A stretch of 40,000 nucleotides of DNA from Ignatzschineria rhizosphaerae (GTDB lineage Bacteria > Pseudomonadota > Gammaproteobacteria > Cardiobacteriales > Wohlfahrtiimonadaceae). This document shows, one piece after another, positions 20,125 through 26,861 of this stretch (within the stretch, counting starts at the first letter, position 1; the number at the start of each line of letters is the position of its first letter). The stretch covers positions 2,638,010 to 2,678,009 of the forward strand of contig NZ_CP093379.1 in the NCBI RefSeq assembly GCF_022655595.1, in the 5' to 3' direction. The position numbers and the translations under genes were made by a program. The notes beneath the pieces are model-generated. The model saw only the letters and a program-made list of their open reading frames with translations, ran no database searches and was not told where the DNA came from.

Positions 20125-20213
20125 TTTGCTATACTCCTTTTAAGAATATCTTCCTGTAATAGTTATTTTTAAGCCGAGCCTTTAGGTGTTGCCGCACTTA
20201 AAGGCTCAACCAT

Positions 20214-21257
20214 TTAATAATTGATAGAAATGTTTGGGATCTTGTTTTTAGCTATTGCTGTGATAATTTCTTTAGCCTGATCTTGACTGATGCCAATTGC
20301 CACAAGTCCGTCCAGCGCTTCACGATTAATCTTTCTTCTGTGATTTTCATTCGCTTGTCTGCGAGCCTCAGCATCTGCCTTTTTTTGCGCTTCTTTAGCG
20401 ATGCGATCTTGTTCAGCTTTGACTGCGGCTTGTTTTTCACGTTCTGCACGCTCTTCCGCTTCGATCTGAGCTTTTTTAACTCTCTTTAAAGTTTCTTGAG
20501 CTTCTTTTTTCGCTCTTTCCTCAGCGTCCTTGGCTTGTTGTTGAGCTGCTAGCTTTTCTTGTTCAGCCTTTTTAATTGCCGCTTCTGCATCTGCTTTGGC
20601 TTTTGCTTCCGCCTCAGCTTTAATCTTCGCTTCACGTTCTGCTTGAGCTTTTTTCTCAGCTTCAATGCGCTCGGCTTCTGCCTTTTTAGCTTCGATCTCT
20701 GCTTGTTCAACCTCTGCTTTTAATGCTGTGAGTTTTTGAATCGCTACGAATTTCGCTGCATCAGCATCTGACTGAACTTCTTGATAATCAAACTTATCGT
20801 TTGTGATCTCTTCGATCTTTTTACCGATAATTTCTGATGATGCGCCATGCTCTTTAAGTTGATCGGGTAGAGCAGTGATCTCATTAACCTTCGCTTGGAT
20901 CTCTGCAATGCGAGTTTTCTCAGCTTCTTCATATTCAGTTAACGGAGCTCTTACTTGAGCTTGCCAACCCTCTAAAAGCTCTCTAACTCTGCGGCGCTCC
21001 GCATCAATTAGCTTTGGTTGCTCCATGATTGATGCTTTGAGGTCTTTGCCAATGCTGTCTAAGAGTGTTTTAGATCGTGCGATCTTGTGAGCGAATGAAG
21101 CGATCTCTTTACGACCTTTATCGGTGCTCATATCAGGCACAAATGAATCAACTTCTGCTTTGATCTGTGCGAGATATGGATCTAAACCGTTTTCGGTTGT
21201 GAATACTACTAAAGGATTTGCCTGTACTGCTTCGATACTGATTAATTCTGTTGTCAT
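20214..21257 (-). CDS. Phage protein with a long A/K/E-rich coiled-coil (possibly DUF1351-like)
   Basis: 347 aa. A globular N-terminus is followed by about 130 aa of AEAKAKADAEA / KKAEAERIEAEKKAQAEREAK repeats. The family assignment is tentative. Confidence 0.6.
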   Translation of the reverse strand: MTTELISIEAVQANPLVVFTTENGLDPYLAQIKAEVDSFVPDMSTDKGRKEIASFAHKIARSKTLLDSIGKDLKASIMEQPKLIDAERRRVRELLEGWQAQVRAPLTEYEEAEKTRIAEIQAKVNEITALPDQLKEHGASSEIIGKKIEEITNDKFDYQEVQSDADAAKFVAIQKLTALKAEVEQAEIEAKKAEAERIEAEKKAQAEREAKIKAEAEAKAKADAEAAIKKAEQEKLAAQQQAKDAEERAKKEAQETLKRVKKAQIEAEERAEREKQAAVKAEQDRIAKEAQKKADAEARRQANENHRRKINREALDGLVAIGISQDQAKEIITAIAKNKIPNISINY

Positions 21258-21266
21258 TGTTAGTCC

Positions 21267-21527
21267 CTATGCTTGCTTAAGCGTGATAACTGTCTTCTCA
21301 TTCACTAGAAAAGGCTTTTCTTCTTGAAGCAGCTTTTCCAGTTGCTCGTGGTGATATTCAACTCCATCAATCCCTTGTTGTAGATCATATAAAGCGCCTT
21401 CAAAGATTGAGTTTTTTAACATTGGATTCTCGTCCATTACTTGATTAATCTTTGCTAAAGCCGCTTTTCCCAAGTCGTTAAAGCTATGGATTGATTCCAT
21501 GTATTGCTGTTTTAATTGCTTGCTCAT
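21267..21527 (-). CDS. Hypothetical phage protein (86 aa)
   Basis: Co-oriented with a 4-nt start/stop overlap with the upstream gene. It starts MSK, like its two upstream neighbours. Confidence 0.55.
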   Translation of the reverse strand: MSKQLKQQYMESIHSFNDLGKAALAKINQVMDENPMLKNSIFEGALYDLQQGIDGVEYHHEQLEKLLQEEKPFLVNEKTVITLKQA

Positions 21528-21817
21528 TTAGATCTCTCCTTTAGCATTGCGTCTGCGACTTGATAGCAGATATGGGAATCAAGCTCAGGATTTGTTGTGC
21601 CATCTTTTGACGTAAATCCTGTCAAAGCCGCCTTCGCAAACTCATCTCTGAGTAGCTGGGCTTCGATTTGTTCGAGTGATTCTTTTGCGAAAAATCTTCC
21701 ATCATCGTGAAAAACAATAGAACCGTGCTTGTCTTCGAGTATTTCCTTAGCGCTTGAGACTGGTATTAACTTAACCTCTCCGCACCCCTGTTCTGTTACC
21801 TTAATAAACTTGCTCAT
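21524..21817 (-). CDS. Hypothetical phage protein (97 aa)
   Basis: Co-oriented and preceded by the conserved junction module (TAG-aaggcaagagag-ATGAGCAAG). Confidence 0.55.
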   Translation of the reverse strand: MSKFIKVTEQGCGEVKLIPVSSAKEILEDKHGSIVFHDDGRFFAKESLEQIEAQLLRDEFAKAALTGFTSKDGTTNPELDSHICYQVADAMLKERSK

Positions 21818-21829
21818 CTCTCTTGCCTT

Positions 21830-22024
21830 CTAAACTCTCTGCGATTCGATAACAACGCCGTCAAATTCTTCAATCCATACTTTCATTTGTTCGGCATTTT
21901 CTAGGGTGGCGATTTCTCTAGCGACCTGCTCGCCGTTTAAGTCGAACATCGTAAATTCGAGCGTATCCCCGATAAAAACTTCTGCACCTTTTGAATCTTT
22001 AATATTTAAACTTTGCTTGCTCAT
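21830..22024 (-). CDS. Hypothetical phage protein (64 aa)
   Basis: Co-oriented and preceded by the same junction module (aaggtaagagag-ATGAGCAAG). Confidence 0.5.
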   Translation of the reverse strand: MSKQSLNIKDSKGAEVFIGDTLEFTMFDLNGEQVAREIATLENAEQMKVWIEEFDGVVIESQRV

Positions 22025-22057
22025 CTCTCTTACCTTCTAAGCTGTCTGTAATTCGTT

Positions 22058-22513
22058 TTATTTCTTGTGCTTTTCAACACTAACAACTTCGCCTGTTTCA
22101 ACATCCATAAGAACGACCTCTGTTACTGTTTGGTGTCTGCTTCTTTGAGGTGCTTGGCTTGACGCTTGCCCTAAAATTTCTGCCTTTTGCTTTCCAAATT
22201 CTCTGCGTATTGCGGAACAGCTCTTTGAGCAACTAAATCCCCATCCTCTACCGAGATCAGCGCCTTTTGCTGTGTATTCCGTACCGCAGTGGCATTTCAT
22301 GAGGAATCTTCCTGTCAGCCCTTTTTTATTCTTTGGTACTGCCTTTTTTCTTGCTCTTGAGGATTTACTTTGCGAAGTAGAGTGGTGCTTTCTATCGCCT
22401 TCTAGATATGCGATTAACTCCAGCGCTTCCTCATCAGTTCCGCAAAAGAATGGGGAGTAAGGATCGTTTGCACCACCGTCATCATTATCTAAATCGTAAT
22501 CTGCTTCTGCCAT
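22058..22513 (-). CDS. Hypothetical phage protein with a C-terminal Cys-rich (zinc-ribbon-like) segment, 151 aa from the Met at 22513
   Basis: AGGAG sits 5 nt before the ATG at 22513 (MAEADYDLDNDDGG...). That start removes the overlap with the upstream gene. The Cys pattern is KCHCG...FSCSKSC. Confidence 0.55.
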   Translation of the reverse strand: MAEADYDLDNDDGGANDPYSPFFCGTDEEALELIAYLEGDRKHHSTSQSKSSRARKKAVPKNKKGLTGRFLMKCHCGTEYTAKGADLGRGWGFSCSKSCSAIRREFGKQKAEILGQASSQAPQRSRHQTVTEVVLMDVETGEVVSVEKHKK

Positions 22514-22521
22514 GTCCACTC

Positions 22522-22782
22522 CTAAGCTGTCTGTAATTCTGTGCGCATATCTAAAATGATGTTTTCCATCTTGCGCTGTAATTCTTGAACGATAGGGCAA
22601 TCACTAACCGCTAATACTGCAAGCTCGATAAGTAATCTTGATTCTTCGCTATCTAATACGTCATGAATTGCCTGCGACTCATCAGCTGTGATGTTGTCTG
22701 TCGCATCAATTGCATTTCTTGCATCTTCACGCTTGGTTGAATTATCGAAATATCTTTTTGCTTGTTTTGGACGGTAGCTCAT
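22522..22782 (-). CDS. Hypothetical protein, first gene of the PL-like operon (N position)
   Basis: 86 aa with AAGGA RBS, immediately downstream of the predicted PL-like promoter. No arginine-rich motif was seen, so it is not called as N. Confidence 0.55.
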   Translation of the reverse strand: MSYRPKQAKRYFDNSTKREDARNAIDATDNITADESQAIHDVLDSEESRLLIELAVLAVSDCPIVQELQRKMENIILDMRTELQTA

Positions 22783-22821
22783 GATTGTGATTCCTTTTAG
22801 TACTTCCTATGTGTTGAATGT

Positions 22822-22850
22822 ATTATTACAATTGTAATTATGTAAGTCAA
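22822..22850 (-). promoter_or_regulatory. PL-like early-left promoter with embedded operator (OL)
   Basis: The minus strand reads TTGACT-17 nt-AATAAT. The spacer and -10 contain the perfect 14-bp palindrome ATTACAATTGTAAT (22825..22838). Its near-copy lies in the cI/cro intergenic region. Confidence 0.6.
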
Positions 22851-22903
22851 CACAATAAACACAATTTATTTCATTTGTGTTTAAAATATTTTTCTATAGG
22901 CGT

Positions 22904-22925
22904 AAAAAAACCGCCGATTGGCGGT
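22904..22925 (-). terminator. Rho-independent terminator of the cI/rexA-like/rexB-like operon (tIMM analogue)
   Basis: The minus strand reads aaaccgcc-aatc-ggcggttt followed by a T-run, 17 nt after the rexB-like stop. Confidence 0.8.
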
Positions 22926-22941
22926 TTAATATGGGTGTGTT

Positions 22942-23385
22942 TTATTTTGAAAGATTAATTATGCTAATGAGTACTACTAATATATTGAGCATAGACCAAG
23001 TCAAGCATGTAAATAATAGATTTAATATAAAATAACTTTCAGATAGTGAGGCTAGAGATAAAGCAAATATCAATAAAAGAAGAGGGATAGTTGTTAAATA
23101 CATACCTATTAAGGCGTGGAGGGAGCCATTTTTTTTGTATATTACAAATTTACTAGTATCACCAATAGCAAAAAATATCGCTAAAGATCCAGCAAGAAGC
23201 GCTAACATGGTGATTGAGTAAGATGATGTTGAAGCAGAAACAACGCCTATATTCTCTGTTAAATTAAACCTGCAAAATTTTACTAACCAAAGTCTATATG
23301 CAATTACTGGTAATAACCCAACCCCCAGCGTCGCAATATTTATTAAAAATGTCAACTTGAACACTTCTGCTTTGTTGATTTTCAT
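22942..23385 (-). CDS. RexB-like four-TM membrane protein
   Basis: 147 aa with four long hydrophobic segments. The block SSYSITMLALLAGSLAIFFAIG resembles recalled lambda RexB SSYAGTMIAILIAALTFLIG. AGGAG sits 10 nt before the ATG. It is the last gene before the immunity terminator and is AT-rich. Confidence 0.65.
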   Translation of the reverse strand: MKINKAEVFKLTFLINIATLGVGLLPVIAYRLWLVKFCRFNLTENIGVVSASTSSYSITMLALLAGSLAIFFAIGDTSKFVIYKKNGSLHALIGMYLTTIPLLLLIFALSLASLSESYFILNLLFTCLTWSMLNILVVLISIINLSK

Positions 23386-24325
23386 TGTACGTCAACTCCT
23401 GCTTGTAACTGAGAACTCTCTCCTTTAACTCGCTGTTATTCTCTATCTTTTCATTTATTATAACCCCAATTGTCTTTGATGTAGTTATTTTTATCCTATC
23501 GGTAAGATTTGCTTGAGAGTTTATATAGTAGTCCATGGATCTAGATTCTAGATCTTTTCTGGCTCTTATTCTTCCATCAATAAAGCCAGACGAAGAGGGA
23601 TCTTCGCTATCTGAGTCCAAGGCTGACTTGAGGAGAGCTAAATATTCATCCTTGATAGAAGTGCCTCTTTCGGGGATGAACTCAATTTTGATCTTTCCGA
23701 CGTTTGTATTATTAAAGCCAGAATTGAACAGTAAGTTACCCAAAGCGTTTGCTAGGTTGTTTTTGGCAGATATCTCCACACTCCCGGTACCTATAAAACT
23801 CAAGTCATCAACTTCTGATTGATGTAAATCTATCTGCATAGGGGTTACTATCAACTCTAAAAGTATATCTTTTTTAAAGAGGAGCTTATTAACAAATAAA
23901 GTAAAGTCACTAATATTAGGGGCATTGAGTGAGGAGATAAAACCTAAAAAACCATCGTGAAACGAAACATAAGAAGAATACCCTATTTTTTCACCATCTG
24001 AAAGTTGAGACTCAATGTCTTTTATTTCTAAATTTTTAGTCTGTATGCTATGAATCATCTCCCCATCACTGGTTTTTATGAAATAAAACACATTAGGTGA
24101 TTCTGTTTTTAGTAAGAATATATTGTTGCTATTATTATCTAAAAAGGAGGATTTAAATTCATTATCATCATGTTCTACGAAGCATTCTAGAAAAGCATGG
24201 AGATTTATACTGTAGCGCAGTCCATTGCTCAATATGTCATATGATCGGTCAGCGACACTATACGCAAAGTATCTTAGGGTTTTATGTAAGTCTTTTTTTC
24301 TGTAATTTTGTATCTCTGTACTCAC
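23294..24325 (-). CDS. RexA-like protein (343 aa, with a C-terminal extension relative to lambda RexA)
   Basis: GTG start 7 nt after GGAG, 59 nt downstream of the cI stop. Several blocks are collinear with recalled lambda RexA: RYSINLHAFL~KRSINLSVFL, FYFIKTSDGEMI...IKDIESQLSDGEKIGYSSYV...GFLGF~FLFTKTNDKSLV...VEDIKNSLADDESLGFPSFL...DTIGF, PNISDFTLFV~PTTSDLTDFL, FIGTGSVEISAK~FIGRTTVKVEAK. Confidence 0.65.
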   Translation of the reverse strand: MSTEIQNYRKKDLHKTLRYFAYSVADRSYDILSNGLRYSINLHAFLECFVEHDDNEFKSSFLDNNSNNIFLLKTESPNVFYFIKTSDGEMIHSIQTKNLEIKDIESQLSDGEKIGYSSYVSFHDGFLGFISSLNAPNISDFTLFVNKLLFKKDILLELIVTPMQIDLHQSEVDDLSFIGTGSVEISAKNNLANALGNLLFNSGFNNTNVGKIKIEFIPERGTSIKDEYLALLKSALDSDSEDPSSSGFIDGRIRARKDLESRSMDYYINSQANLTDRIKITTSKTIGVIINEKIENNSELKERVLSYKQELTYNENQQSRSVQVDIFNKYCDAGGWVITSNCI

Positions 24326-24384
24326 TTCTAAGCTCCACTTCTCAATAAGAGTATTTTATCCTTAAGTAATATTTTTATCAGCGG

Positions 24385-25095
24385 TTACAATAAAACTGAA
24401 TACCAAAATACACGTCCAATTACGTTAAACTCATTCACGTTCATTTTTGTTGGTTGATAACTTGGGTTATACGACTCAATAGATACTTGGCTTCCCGAGA
24501 TCCATTTGAGCATTTTTATTTGTAGTAGCCCGTCATTATTTATAGCGTAGATTTGCCCATCTTTAATATTTTTATTGCCTGTATCTACAGCAACAGTACA
24601 TCCACTTGGAATTACCGGCTCCATGCTGTCACCGCTTGCAGTTACACAAATAGCATTTTCAGGATCTACACCTTTATTTTTTAAAGTGTATTTGCTGAAT
24701 CTTAATTTTAGCCCTGAATAGTCTTCAAGGGCAAAGCAACCATTTCCTGCTGATAGGTGAACGTCTTTTAGGTATGGAATTTCTACTTCATGAGGATGAA
24801 GAGGAGTATTGTCGTCCCATGGATCTATACCTATTAGCCCGTCAAGCTCTGGTGGGAGATCTTTGTTTTCTTGGATAGATGTGTTTACAGAGCTGTATTT
24901 TTCGCCTTTGCCTGTTACTAACCACTCGGAATTTACGCCCAAAACTTTAGCTATCTCCACAATTCTACGAGAACTTTGATTCCTTCCGCTTTCTAAAAAC
25001 ATGATTGTTGATTGAGACACTCCGGCCTTATCTGCTATCTCTTGTTGAGATAAACCTCTCTCTAGTCGTATTTCTTTGAATCTATCCTTAAGCAT
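24385..25095 (-). CDS. cI-like repressor (XRE HTH + LexA/S24 autopeptidase domain)
   Basis: N-terminal HTH LSQQEIADKAGVSQSTIMFLESG. Candidate Ala-Gly cleavage site (LSAGNG). S24 catalytic GDSMEP and a downstream Lys (IKMLKW). The start is taken at Met 25095 (GGAG 8 nt upstream) rather than the track start at 25149. Confidence 0.9.
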   Translation of the reverse strand: MLKDRFKEIRLERGLSQQEIADKAGVSQSTIMFLESGRNQSSRRIVEIAKVLGVNSEWLVTGKGEKYSSVNTSIQENKDLPPELDGLIGIDPWDDNTPLHPHEVEIPYLKDVHLSAGNGCFALEDYSGLKLRFSKYTLKNKGVDPENAICVTASGDSMEPVIPSGCTVAVDTGNKNIKDGQIYAINNDGLLQIKMLKWISGSQVSIESYNPSYQPTKMNVNEFNVIGRVFWYSVLL

Positions 25096-25121
25096 ATAAA
25101 AATCTCCAGTAAATTCCCTAT

Positions 25122-25149
25122 ATCTTATTACGATTGTAATAAATAGCAA
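25122..25149 (-). promoter_or_regulatory. PRM-like promoter for cI with overlapping operator
   Basis: The minus strand reads TTGCTA-16 nt-TAAGAT. The operator ATTACGATTGTAAT (25127..25140) matches the OL palindrome at 13 of 14 positions and ends on the first base of the -10. Confidence 0.4.
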
Positions 25150-25192
25150 ATTCTAGATTTTATCTGCAAAATTAATATATTTCCTATGTTGT

Positions 25193-25221
25193 TTGATTAA
25201 TTATTTCTTATGTAATAAAAT
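25193..25221 (+). promoter_or_regulatory. PR-like early-right promoter with a degenerate operator
   Basis: Sequence TTGATT-17 nt-TAAAAT. The 14-mer ATTTCTTATGTAAT (25203..25216) matches the palindrome at 10 of 14 positions. It occupies the same position relative to the -10 as in the PRM-like promoter. Confidence 0.45.
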
Positions 25222-25252
25222 AATCTCAATTACAAACACAAAGGAGTTTTTA

Positions 25253-25468
25253 GTGAAATATGTGTTAATTGAAGCTATTAAAAAAGCTGGCGGGCAAACC
25301 GTATTGGCTAAAAAACTGGGAGTTGCTCAATGCACAATTTCTCATTGGGTGCATAGAAATCAAGTAGCTCCTCCCGCAGAACACGTTCCCATGATTGAAG
25401 AGTTAACAGGCGTTAGTAGGCATAAATTGCGCCCTGATGTTTTCGGGGAAGAAAAGAAGGAGGCTTAA
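25253..25468 (+). CDS. Cro-like / YdaS-family HTH regulator
   Basis: GTG at 25253 lies 7 nt after AAGGAG; the track start at 25193 falls inside the promoter. The sequence GGQTVLAKKLGVAQCTISHWV.RNQVP.E....IE..TGV.RH.LRPD(V)F fits the YdaS/Cro-type pattern. It is divergent from cI. Confidence 0.8.
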   Translation: MKYVLIEAIKKAGGQTVLAKKLGVAQCTISHWVHRNQVAPPAEHVPMIEELTGVSRHKLRPDVFGEEKKEA

Positions 25469-25693
25469 GTGAGCGTACTAATCACAAAAGAAAAAGCATC
25501 AACTCAACGAAAGCGAATACGCCTTTTGCTTGAGAGCGGAAAAGAGGTCACTAACAGGCTTATTCAGCAAGATATGGGGATTGTTGGTGCAACTGCTCGA
25601 TTGAGTGAGCTAAGGCGTGAATTTCAACGAGAAGGAAAGGTTTTAGCAACTCGAAGAGAGTCAGAAGGTTATTTGGTTTATTTCCTTAGATAA
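25469..25693 (+). CDS. Small winged-helix DNA-binding protein (HTH_39-like) at the cII position
   Basis: GTG start 5 nt after AAGGAGG. ATARLSELRREFQREG resembles the recalled (R)I.ELR..G motif of HTH_39 proteins. Confidence 0.55.
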   Translation: MSVLITKEKASTQRKRIRLLLESGKEVTNRLIQQDMGIVGATARLSELRREFQREGKVLATRRESEGYLVYFLR

Positions 25694-25794
25694 AAAATAA
25701 ACCGCTACAAGAAAATTAATTCAAGAGCGGTAGATATACATTTAAATGACAGAGGTATTTTACCACTACTTGCTATTAAATCAAAGGTTTAAGT

Positions 25795-25989
25795 ATGGCA
25801 AAAGAAACAGAGCAAGAAAGAGAAGAGCGCATTATCAGAACGCTTGATTTGATGTTTCAAGGCGCAGATCAATATCCGTGTGAATGTGGGGTGATGCATT
25901 TTGAGTTACCTGAGAAAGGAAAAACTCGATTAATGGCGTGCGGTAATTGTGGTCGTCATTTTACGGTTAGACAGGATATAGACGCATGA
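25795..25989 (+). CDS. Small zinc-ribbon protein
   Basis: 64 aa with CEC...(20 aa)...CGNC. It has a 4-nt overlap with the following replication gene. Confidence 0.55.
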   Translation: MAKETEQEREERIIRTLDLMFQGADQYPCECGVMHFELPEKGKTRLMACGNCGRHFTVRQDIDA

Positions 25990-26861
25990 GTAAAGACATA
26001 TTAAGAGATTTAAGAGGCTTCGGAACGGTAGAGAAGTGGGTTCTCACCGATCCGAAAATCAATATACACGCTAAAGCGATTTACTCTTTACTGTGCGCTT
26101 ATGCAGGCGGTAAAGATAGCGCATTCCCAAGCGTGGACACACTGACAGTCCAACTAAATATTAGTAAGGACACCATCTACAAGTATATCAAGGAACTTCG
26201 AGAAAAGGGAGTTATTGAAGTCGAACAAATCAGGGAAGGAGGTAGATTCTCTAGAAATATCTACACCCTTCTGAACTACAACCCGAACATGATTTTAACC
26301 GAGTCGGGTTCTACCGGACACGGTAACACCGTAACCGATACCACCGTAGCCGATCAAGTCGACACTAAGAATAACAGAACAAAGAGTAACAGATTAAAGA
26401 GTAACAGTAATAAAACCCCCATACCCCCACAGGGGGCAGATGGCGATTTGCCAAAACCTGACGAAACTGAGCTGAAACCAAAAGAAGATCCATCTAAGCC
26501 TGAAAAGAAACCAGAAGGTTATTCAGAGAAGTTTGAGCAATGGTGGGCGTTATATCCACGTAAGACAGGAAAAGGGGCTGCTTGGAAAAAATGGAAAAGC
26601 GAGAAGCTCGAAAAGCGTTTTGATGAATTGATCGAAAAGTTAGAGCAGCAAAATGCGATGCAGCACGCATTTATGAATCCACAGTACATCGTTGGCGCAT
26701 CAAGATATTTAAACGAAGCACGCTATGACGATGAAGTCGTATTTTTAGGGGGAAGTAATGAAACCAATTCAGGCGGTAATCAACGGAAAGAATCCACGAT
26801 GGAAAGAGCAAGACGTAAGCAAAGGGAGTTTAGGGCAAGTCTTGACAGTGAATCAGCTTAA
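25986..26861 (+). CDS. Replication initiator / replisome organiser (lambda O position)
   Basis: N-terminal winged helix (AK.(I)Y..L...A......FPS...L...L.(I)S..T(I).KY(I)KEL...G(V)I). A low-complexity linker is encoded by direct repeats. The C-terminal F.(Q)WW..YPRK.GK..A.K.W motif is common in phage replication proteins. Confidence 0.65.
   Translation: MSKDILRDLRGFGTVEKWVLTDPKINIHAKAIYSLLCAYAGGKDSAFPSVDTLTVQLNISKDTIYKYIKELREKGVIEVEQIREGGRFSRNIYTLLNYNPNMILTESGSTGHGNTVTDTTVADQVDTKNNRTKSNRLKSNSNKTPIPPQGADGDLPKPDETELKPKEDPSKPEKKPEGYSEKFEQWWALYPRKTGKGAAWKKWKSEKLEKRFDELIEKLEQQNAMQHAFMNPQYIVGASRYLNEARYDDEVVFLGGSNETNSGGNQRKESTMERARRKQREFRASLDSESA
26312..26407 (+). repeat. Iteron-like direct repeats (candidate ori) inside the O-like gene
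   Basis: 15-bp periodic array. It contains caccgtaaccgat (26327) and caccgtagccgat (26342), then aagaataacag (26367), aagagtaacag (26382) and aagagtaacag (26397). The element cccccatacccccacaggggg follows. Confidence 0.5.

Noticed and set aside
20440-20760. Highly repetitive DNA (gc(t/a)tc(t/a)gc… / A-K-E codon repeats) that at first looked like a tandem-repeat element
   Set aside because: It is the coding sequence of an alanine/lysine/glutamate coiled-coil within the 347-aa ORF. The periodicity is imperfect and in-frame, so it is not a discrete DNA repeat or array.
22522-22782. First PL-operon gene considered as an N-type antiterminator
   Set aside because: No arginine-rich N-terminal motif is present. 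No boxA/boxB-like hairpin occurs in the short leader, and no obvious terminators lie within the leftward operon. It is left as hypothetical.
14224-23822. Plus-strand or alternative-frame ORFs within the leftward phage operon (14224..14586, 14872..15189, 15763..16011, 17056..17253, 17356..17544, 18949..19140, 19482..19840, 20252..20932, 21124..21327, 22272..22460, 23535..23822)
   Set aside because: All overlap better-supported, translationally coupled minus-strand genes and are best explained as shadow ORFs.
25096-25149. N-terminal 18-aa extension of the cI ORF (MLFITIVIRYREFTGDFY…) given by the ORF track
   Set aside because: The extension would place the start codon on top of the predicted -35 and operator region. 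The internal Met at 25095 has a GGAG RBS and starts directly at the HTH domain.
25694-25794. Hairpin accgct-N19-agcggt and a 33-codon ORF in the gap after the cII-position gene, considered as a tR1-like terminator or small gene
   Set aside because: The stem is only 6 bp with a 19-nt loop and no T-run. The small ORF has no RBS.
26312-26407. Short regularly spaced direct repeats considered as a possible mini-CRISPR array
   Set aside because: The period is only 15 bp with no spacer-sized unique segments, the repeats lie inside a coding sequence, and no cas genes are present. They are interpreted as replication iterons instead.
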